Shown here piece after piece: positions 11,449 to 17,952 of a stretch of 17,952 nt of DNA; position 1 is the first letter of the stretch; every line of letters begins with the position of its first letter. Both the position numbers and the translations under genes were made by a program. This DNA comes from Octopus sinensis (taxonomy: Eukaryota): NCBI RefSeq assembly GCF_006345805.1, contig NW_021824749.1:1-17952 (forward strand), read 5' to 3'. A model generated the notes under the pieces. The model worked only from the letters and a program-made list of their open reading frames with translations, ran no database searches and had not been told where the DNA came from.

Positions 11449-11596
11449 AGGAAAACTGAACGGAAGTTATGTAGCTTTAAGGTCTTCTCGACAACGAACT
11501 TGTCAACAACAGGTTTAAGTACCCGAAGAAAAGGAAAGATGAAGCTGAGTATACATGTAATACCTTAAAGTTACATAACTTCAATTCTCTTTTCCT
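11449..11596. repeat. Long imperfect inverted repeat (38-bp arms, 32/38), fold-back or MITE-like
   Basis: 11449-11486 versus the reverse complement of 11559-11596; no clear TSD. Confidence 0.7.
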
Positions 11597-11856
11597 CGCA
11601 AACTTATATAATATCTACTCAATTCCCTACATCTACCGATTTATAATCAAATATTTGGCAACTTTTGTTAATATTTATTGGAGTTGATATAGTGGCTGTC
11701 AGTTTATCGGAATCTGTGTGTAATTTGATACGGGACAAAGTATGAGACACGTTGTTCAATACATTTTATTGATCGAGTATTAACCCCTTTGTGATATCTA
11801 TGCAAGCTGTGCCTATGCTTGAGGCTCACAAACTGCCTGTACCATGACCCTATACA

Positions 11857-11859
11857 TCC

Positions 11860-11953
<94 letters not shown>
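11857..11953. repeat. (TA)n(CA)n microsatellite
   Basis: Direct. Confidence 0.95.
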
Positions 11954-11956
<3 letters not shown>

Positions 11957-12190
11957 GATCCAAACAAAGAAGAAACAACAACGCGAGGACGTGGTACAAG
12001 TACAGTGTTATTGGACGCTCAGGAAAGGAAAGAAAAGAAAGAGGATTTCACGTTTCGAGCGGAGCTCTTCGTCAGAAATATAGAAAAAGTCCAAAGAAGG
12101 GAAGACGGAGAAAGAAAATCGCCAACGATACACACGCGGTCACATATTGAAATGACGGAAGGGAATGGGTGAAGAAAGTGTTGGTGTATA
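11954..12190 (-). mobile_element. Probable solo PLE pseudo-LTR fragment
   Basis: Pyrimidine-rich minus strand between microsatellites, carrying a minimal hammerhead motif; no adjacent PLE ORF. Confidence 0.55.
12045..12079 (-). ncRNA. Minimal type I hammerhead motif (35 nt), N17=G
   Basis: Minus strand: ATTT-CTGACGA-A-GAGC-TCC-GCTC-GAAA-CGT-G-AAAT. Confidence 0.7.
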
Positions 12191-12200
12191 TATATATATA

Positions 12201-12374
12201 GGCGCAGGAGTGGTTGTGTGGTAAGTAGCTTGCTTACAAACCACATGGTTCCGGGTTCAGTTCCACTGCGTGGCACCTTGGGTAAGTGTCTTCTACTATA
12301 GCCTCGGGCCGACCAAAGCCTTGTGAGTGGATTGGTAGACGGAAACTGAAAGAAGCCTGTCGGATATATGTATG

Positions 12375-12443
<69 letters not shown>

Positions 12444-12650
12444 ATGTTTGTGTGTCTGTGTTTGTCCCCCTAGCATTGCTTGACAACCGATGCTGGTGTT
12501 GTTTATATTCCCCGTCACTTAGCGGTTCGGCAAAAGAGAACGATAGAATATGTACTGGGCTTACAAAGAATAAGTCCGGGGTCGAGTTGCTCGACTAAAG
12601 GTGGTGCTCCAGCATGGCCGCAGTCAAATGACTGAAACAAGTAAAAGAGT
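12201..12650 (+). mobile_element. CORE-like tRNA-SINE, copy 2
   Basis: Same head, core and tail as copy 1; embedded in (TA)n. Confidence 0.92.
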
Positions 12651-12896
12651 ATATATATATATATACACACAAATATATAGGGAAAACAAGGAGAAGAAAA
12701 TGGAGAATAAATGGATGTAATTACTGATTTATTTGCATCTTATAAAAAGATGACGTTTTTGAAAAACATTACAAATAAATTGATTGGAAGTTGAAAGCTC
12801 AAAAGAATTAAGATAAAAACAGAAAAAAGAACGTATATATATGTTTCAGTCGCCCTATCTAGATGTTAAAACATTTTAAACATTTTAAACATCATA

Positions 12897-13295
12897 GGCG
12901 TAGGAGTGGCTGTGTGGTAAGTAGCTTGCTAACCAACCACATGGTTCCGGGTTCAGTCCCACTGCGTGGCATCTTGGGCAAGTGTCTTCTGCTATAGCCC
13001 CGGGCCGACCAATGCCTTGTGAGTGGATTTGGTAGACGGAAACTGAAAGAAGCCTGTCGTATATATGTATATATATATGTGTGTATATGTGTTTGTGTGT
13101 CTGTGTTTGTCCCCCTAGCATTGCTTGACAACCGATGCTGGTGTGATTACGTCCCCGTCACTTAGCGGTTCGGCAAAAGAGACCGATAGAATAAGTACTG
13201 GGCTTACAAAGAATAAGTCCCGGGGTCGAGTTGCTCGACTAAAGGCGGTGCTCCAGCATGGCCGCAGTCAAATGACTGAAACAAGTAAAAGAGTA
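12897..13295 (+). mobile_element. CORE-like tRNA-SINE, copy 3
   Basis: Same head, core and tail; short internal microsatellite. Confidence 0.92.
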
Positions 13296-13641
13296 GGAGA
13301 GAGAGAGAGAGAGTATCATCGGAACAAATTTGCCAATCATAAAACAAAGTGTAAAATGAAAAAAAGAAACAAACATAATAACTAAACAAGCGCTTATCTT
13401 AAGAAAAAGGCAACCACATAAGCTAAATAAACTATTAACAAAGGCAAAATTCAACATGAACAAACGAGATAACACATTCACAGTATCCAAATGTAATGTT
13501 AATAGATGTAGAACATGTAAATATATTCATACGGGTAGATCCATTAGAACAAAAATTGGACAGATTTTCGCAAGTGCAGTTATGAATTGCAAAAGCTGAA
13601 ATTTGATCTACTACATTAAATGCCCGAATTGCGACGAATTA

Positions 13642-14035
13642 AGGAAGCACTCCGTCGGTTACGACGATGAGGGTTCCGGTTGATCCGAATCAACGGAACA
13701 GCCTGCTCGTGAAATTTAACGTGTAAGTGGCTGTGCACTCCACAGACACGTTGTACCTTAACGTAGTTCTCGGGGAATATTCAGCGTGACACAAGAGAGT
13801 GACAAGGCCGGCCCTTTGAAATACAGGTACAACAGAACAGAAACAGGAAGTAAGAGTGAGAGAAAGTTGTGTGTGAAAGAGTACAGCAGGGATACCACCA
13901 CCTCCCCTGCCGGAAGCCTCGGGAGCTTTAGGTGTTTTCGCTCAATAAACACTCACAACGCCCGGTCTGGGAATCGAAACCGCGATCCTACGACCGCGAG
14001 TCCGCTGCCCTAACCACTGGGCCATTGCGCCTCCC
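13642..14035 (-). mobile_element. Second tRNA-derived SINE family (tRNA-Arg-like head) with 12-bp TSD
   Basis: Minus head GGAGGCGCAATGGCCCAGTGG..GGTTTCGATTCCC has A and B boxes. TSD TGCGACGAATTA at 13630-41 and 14036-47. Confidence 0.9.
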
Positions 14036-14466
14036 TGCGACGAATTATATATAGGGGAGACAGGGAATGTATTATGGGAACCATCTCGAGTCCTCAGACA
14101 ACAAATCCAGAACACCAATGTTCGCCAAATTCCATTGAGCGAACATATAGAGACATGTCAGAAAATGTTTCTATTTTTCCTTTCCACAAACTACATGACG
14201 CAAGTAAGGTTGGAAGAAAGACAAAAAGAAAAACGATTTATTAAAATATTCCAACCTGATCTGAATGGAAATAACAGCAATAATATAACATCCAGTTAAT
14301 GATGTGGATTAATAAACATAAACAAGTTACGGAATATCGGTACGCCTGGAAGTCTGTGATGTTTAAGAGCATGCGGATTGATCGAAAAAGTATTGTATTC
14401 GTTCAGCTGGTTGGAGCTTTCTAAGGGGTACTAAAGTTAAGAACTCAACTGTCAGTTAAACACATT

Positions 14467-14504
14467 TGAAATCTGATGAGTTATGTATGAAAGCATTAAT
14501 TTTG
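14467..14504 (+). ncRNA. Degenerate minimal hammerhead motif in the PLE 2 pLTR
   Basis: TGAAAT-CTGATGA-GTTATGTAT-GAAA-GCATT-A-ATTTTG: exact core and 6-bp stem I (2 wobbles), but weak stems II and III. Confidence 0.5.
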
Positions 14505-14579
14505 TTAAAATACTATAATAAAAATACGTTAAAACCAGGCTACGTTTTAACTTTATTTAACTGATTATAACATTACCCT

Positions 14580-14610
14580 ACATACATGCATATATATGTG
14601 TATATCTATC

Positions 14611-14651
<41 letters not shown>

Positions 14652-14735
14652 TATGTGTGTGTGTGTGTGTGTGTGTGTGTTGTGTGTGTGGTGTGTGTGT
14701 GTTGTGTGTGTGTGTGTATTTATAATATATATAAT
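14580..14735. repeat. (TA)n/(TG)n microsatellite
   Basis: Direct. Confidence 0.92.
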
Positions 14736-15530
14736 TTCTTTTATTCATCAAGAGTTGTATTGTTGTTGCTGATTCTGCTATGGCTATGTCTTTGAATTGT
14801 TAACAGCAAATTTGAGGAGATTACCTCTTTATGCTATGATGGCTGGTGTTACCTCATGCGTCACAACTGAATTGAATACGTAAACTAAGAGAGTTCTTAA
14901 ACAAATTTTGACCGAATGGCTCTAAAATACCAGTTCTTCGAGTTTAACGTTACCACTCTCTTAGATGACAGTCTAAGCCTCTGGCTACTCTAATTATCGG
15001 ATCTAAAATTTGAAATATATAAATGCCTTCGAGAAACGCTTATCTCTATATTAAAAAAAATGTCAAACAAGGGATGTCTTATAATACAGCTCTTTCGAGA
15101 TTAGGCTTTTCATCTGCTTCCTGGCAAACATAGGAATACAAAAATTTTTAAAGTCTTCTTTCATTTATTCTTATTTGCAGAACCTCACACAACGGAGACC
15201 ACACAAAAACTGTTATGAAATTTTGTTGCTGTCTAAATAATTCTTTTTACAAACAATGATCTGAAATCAATTATAACTTCGAAACAAGCATTTTTTTCGT
15301 TAAATCAGGTTCAAAATATTTAAAAAACCCACCAATGTCAGAGAATATGTTTAGCGTCATGAATACAACTTGCTAATAACTCTGTTCAATTGTCCAAACC
15401 ATTGCCGTCTTGAAACAAAATTCTTATTTTCTTGCTCAAACAATAATCACACCGCATTTTGTGTGACAAACACTGGTGCAAAGATACACGAAAGATACGT
15501 ACAGAAGCGTACGCACACACATACACATAC

Positions 15531-15621
15531 ATATGTATGACGGACTTGCACAAAATTTCCGTCAATCAAATTCACGCACAAACCATTGGTCGGCCCGGGG
15601 CTGTAGTTGAAGACATTTGTC
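15531..15621 (-). mobile_element. Diverged CORE-like SINE fragment (core region)
   Basis: TTTCCGTC..TGGTCGGCCCGGGGCTGTAGTTGAAGACA aligns by eye with copy 4. Confidence 0.75.
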
Positions 15622-15757
15622 TAGCTCTGTATATGGATTGCAAAGTACATGCTTCTATGATATTTCATTTCACAAGTCATGACTACTTCCTCCTTTTCAG
15701 CATCTATCGTATATGATTTACACCTTTAAAAAACTTAAAATTATTATATTATTATAT

Positions 15758-15846
15758 AGCCGCAGGCATGGTTTTGTTGTTTATAAGTTCGCTTTGTAAC
15801 CGCGTGGTTTCAGGTTCATTCCTACTGCGTGGGCTCTTAGGCATGT
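15758..15846 (+). mobile_element. Diverged SINE head fragment
   Basis: CGCAGGCATGG..GGTTCATTCCTACTGCGTGG resembles the head of copies 1-3. Confidence 0.6.
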
Positions 15847-16133
15847 TAATGACCTGCAGGGACACCAAATTTCGTTATGCAACCATAATATACTGCTCAT
15901 ACAAAGCGTTTAATATACTTTATAGTATATTACACCTGCATAATGAAATATTGTGTCCCTACAGCTCATTGATGTTTACGTACCAGCTTCCAAGAAGGTG
16001 TTTACTATATAAAATTGGCATATCCAATAACGTTACACCGCTATATTTAGTGGCTAATAATAATAATAATGGGTGTTGATGTAGGAACAAAACCTACTGA
16101 AATGTACACCCATTATACATACATACATACATT

Positions 16134-16305
16134 ATGGCTGCCCTCTCGTTATCGAGTATGGCCATTGCACGAAGCTTAACTGTTACTAGTGCTGTGATCG
16201 AATGTGACTTTTTAGCCCAGCTAAAGATCTACAATGTCTTGTACAAAAGTGGCAACTAAGACCTCTACTGGTAATAGCCGGCTGTAGTTGTAACTGGGCT
16301 TCATG
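16134..16305 (-). mobile_element. 3' tip of an RTE-type LINE with C-terminal C2H2 finger, inside (TACA)n
   Basis: Minus strand encodes CHFCTRHCRSLAGLKSHIRSQH*, followed by a short 3' UTR with stem-loop CTCG-ATAA-CGAG (16145-56). Confidence 0.7.
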
Positions 16306-16399
16306 TACATACATACATACATACAGACATACATACATACATACAGACATACATACATACATACATACATACACACACACATACACACACATATATATA

Positions 16400-16900
16400 A
16401 ACATAAAGTTAAAATCTGGTTATAGAGTGACCAGTGGTTTCGTATCCGCCAAAACCACAGCCTTGTGGACAGCTCATCAGACTCTATACAAAGAGAAATT
16501 TAACTTTTCATCTCGCGGAGGCAGAGAAACGCTAGGACAAATGTTCAAACGGCCTACAGAGAGAAAAGGTGAGGACGGGTTATCTATCCCTGGACCAGAG
16601 GATAAATGGAAGCTAGGATCAATTTTCCAGTAAGTAGCGCTTGAAATCAACACATGTTGAGAACATTTGTTTACGATTATTTAACACGCGCAAGGCTTAG
16701 CACAGTTTTTTCAGAACTCTGGTCACTCGGCGATGCAGATTTTGCAGCGCCCACTCCCATTAATATATGGGCCTGGATGTTCTATGATTCTCCATCTGAT
16801 ATCATATGGGGTCACTTGATCTTTGGGGTGCCACATATGGCTGCTCAGGGACATGACAAACCGTCTTTTTGGGACTCTGAAGGATGACTGATGGCTACAG
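16400..16900 (-). mobile_element. PLE remnant 3: GIY-YIG C-terminus + pLTR (same broad type as PLE 1)
   Basis: Minus strand: HQSSFR..SLSSHMW..YDIRWRII..PYINGSGRCKICIAE, LNNRKQMFSTC and KRYLLEN* (stop 16619-21), then a hammerhead. Confidence 0.85.
16421..16488 (-). ncRNA. Type I hammerhead ribozyme with complete canonical core
   Basis: Minus strand: TATAGAGT-CTGATGA-G(30 nt)C-GAAA-CC-ACT-GG-TC-ACTCTATA. 8-bp perfect stem I, GUC triplet, cleavage predicted after 16429. Confidence 0.88.
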
Positions 16901-17290
16901 TATTTTACTTCATTCTTTGATCATATATCTTCCGTTATTGTTCATATCAAGTACTTTGATTCTTCAATTTATCTGAGCGTCTTCAATCGACTATTTTCTT
17001 CGTGTTTTCCAACTGCTTTTTATCATTTTTCTTTTCATCACTTATTTTAATTCTATATCTTCTTGTATTTGTATTGAAATAAGTTGATAAGATCTCTAAC
17101 TTCTTCCTTATTTTGTCTGATTAAATCAATATCATGGCAAAACGGAAATTACTGACATCTCTGCAATTATTTTAATATTTCATACAGCTAACTCAAAGCC
17201 GCTCATCGTTATATATTCTAGAAACACATTGAAATAAGGTTGTTGAGAGAATACACCCTTGTCTGACACTATGTGTTGTTTTAAACCAGT
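16900..17290 (-). pseudogene. Heavily degraded RTE-type RT fragment (second family)
   Basis: Minus strand across frameshifts: WFKTTHSVRQGCILSTTL/FNVFLE, SNFRFA/DIDLI, and IEESKYL..TITED..SKNEVK. Confidence 0.78.
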
Positions 17291-17694
17291 TACTTACTCT
17301 TTACTCTTTTACTTGTTTCAGTCATTTGACTGCGGCCATGCTGGAGCACCGCCTTTAGTCGAGCAAATCGACCCCAGGACTTATTCTTTGTAAGCCCAGT
17401 ACTTATTCTTCGTTTCTTTTGCCGAACCGCTAAGTGACGGGGACGTAAACACACCAGCATCGGTTGTCAAGCAATGCTAGGGGGACAAACACAGACACAC
17501 AAACACATACATACATATATATATATACATATATACGACAGGCTTCTTCAGTTTCCGTCTACCAATCCACTCACAGGCATTGTGTCGGCCCGGGGCTATA
17601 GCAGAAGACACCTGCCCAAGATGCCACGCAGTGGGACTGAACCCGGAACCATGTGCTGGTTAGCAAGCTACTTACCACATAGCCACTCCTGCAC
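17291..17694 (-). mobile_element. CORE-like tRNA-SINE, copy 4
   Basis: Reverse-complement match to copies 1-3 along its whole length. Confidence 0.92.
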
Positions 17695-17828
17695 AAAATA
17701 AGGAAGAAATACTTGGGGAATTTACAACCAAAGCCAATCTTTCTTTATGTATATTCCATATGCAGAACATCGAACTAAGAGGTGCGTTAGGAAAGAAACT
17801 ACTTGGACGCGTGTGGGGTTGAGAAGCT

Positions 17829-17940
17829 CACTACTGCGTGGCACCTTGGGAAAGTGTTGTCTACTGTAACTCCTGGCAAACCGATGCCTTGTGAGTGAAT
17901 TTGGTTAATGGAAACAGCGTGGAAGCCTGTCGTATGTATG
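17829..17940 (+). mobile_element. Diverged CORE-like SINE fragment
   Basis: ACTGCGTGGCACCTTGGG..GCCTTGTGAGTGAATTTGG..GAAGCCTGTCGTATG. Confidence 0.75.
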
Positions 17941-17952
17941 TCGTTATTCAGT

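Larger units (their letters stand above)
13315..14575 (+). mobile_element. PLE remnant 2 (Neptune-like): thumb end, Cys linker, GIY-YIG and pLTR, interrupted by a SINE
   Basis: KRQPHKLNKLLTKAKF, KCNVNRCRTC (CxxxxCxxC), NCKS*NLIYYIKCPNCDEL|YIGETG, PLSEHI and FIKIFQPDLN; stop at 14297-99. Right boundary approximate. Confidence 0.88.

Noticed and set aside
13960-14035. tRNA gene
   Set aside because: It is the head of a SINE with body, tail and TSD; the same applies to the heads at 3238, 12201, 12897 and 17694.
16427-16887. Plus-strand ORFs of 68 and 77 aa, and minus ORFs over 10125-11448
   Set aside because: Antisense shadows of PLE and RTE sequence.

Overview
Eukaryotic, AT-rich, repeat-saturated DNA. 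The SINE families look, from my recollection, like Octopus (cephalopod) repeats. I find no intact host gene. Most listed ORFs are microsatellite artefacts, and the real coding signal comes from decayed retroelements. These are three Penelope-like element (PLE) remnants of at least two lineages (3739-~6130 +, 13315-~14575 +, ~16400-16900 -), a BovB-like RTE LINE (~9905-11400 +) and two further RTE-type fragments. The window also holds four near-full and three partial CORE-type tRNA-SINEs, a second tRNA-SINE inserted with a 12-bp TSD into a GIY-YIG ORF, and a non-autonomous Helitron. The most notable hidden structure is a set of hammerhead-ribozyme motifs. One lies 130-200 nt downstream of each PLE endonuclease stop codon and one lies in a solo fragment. 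The copy at 16421-16488 (-) keeps a complete canonical core with a GUC cleavage site. Hammerheads in PLEs are a known association, so novelty for these copies needs database checks.
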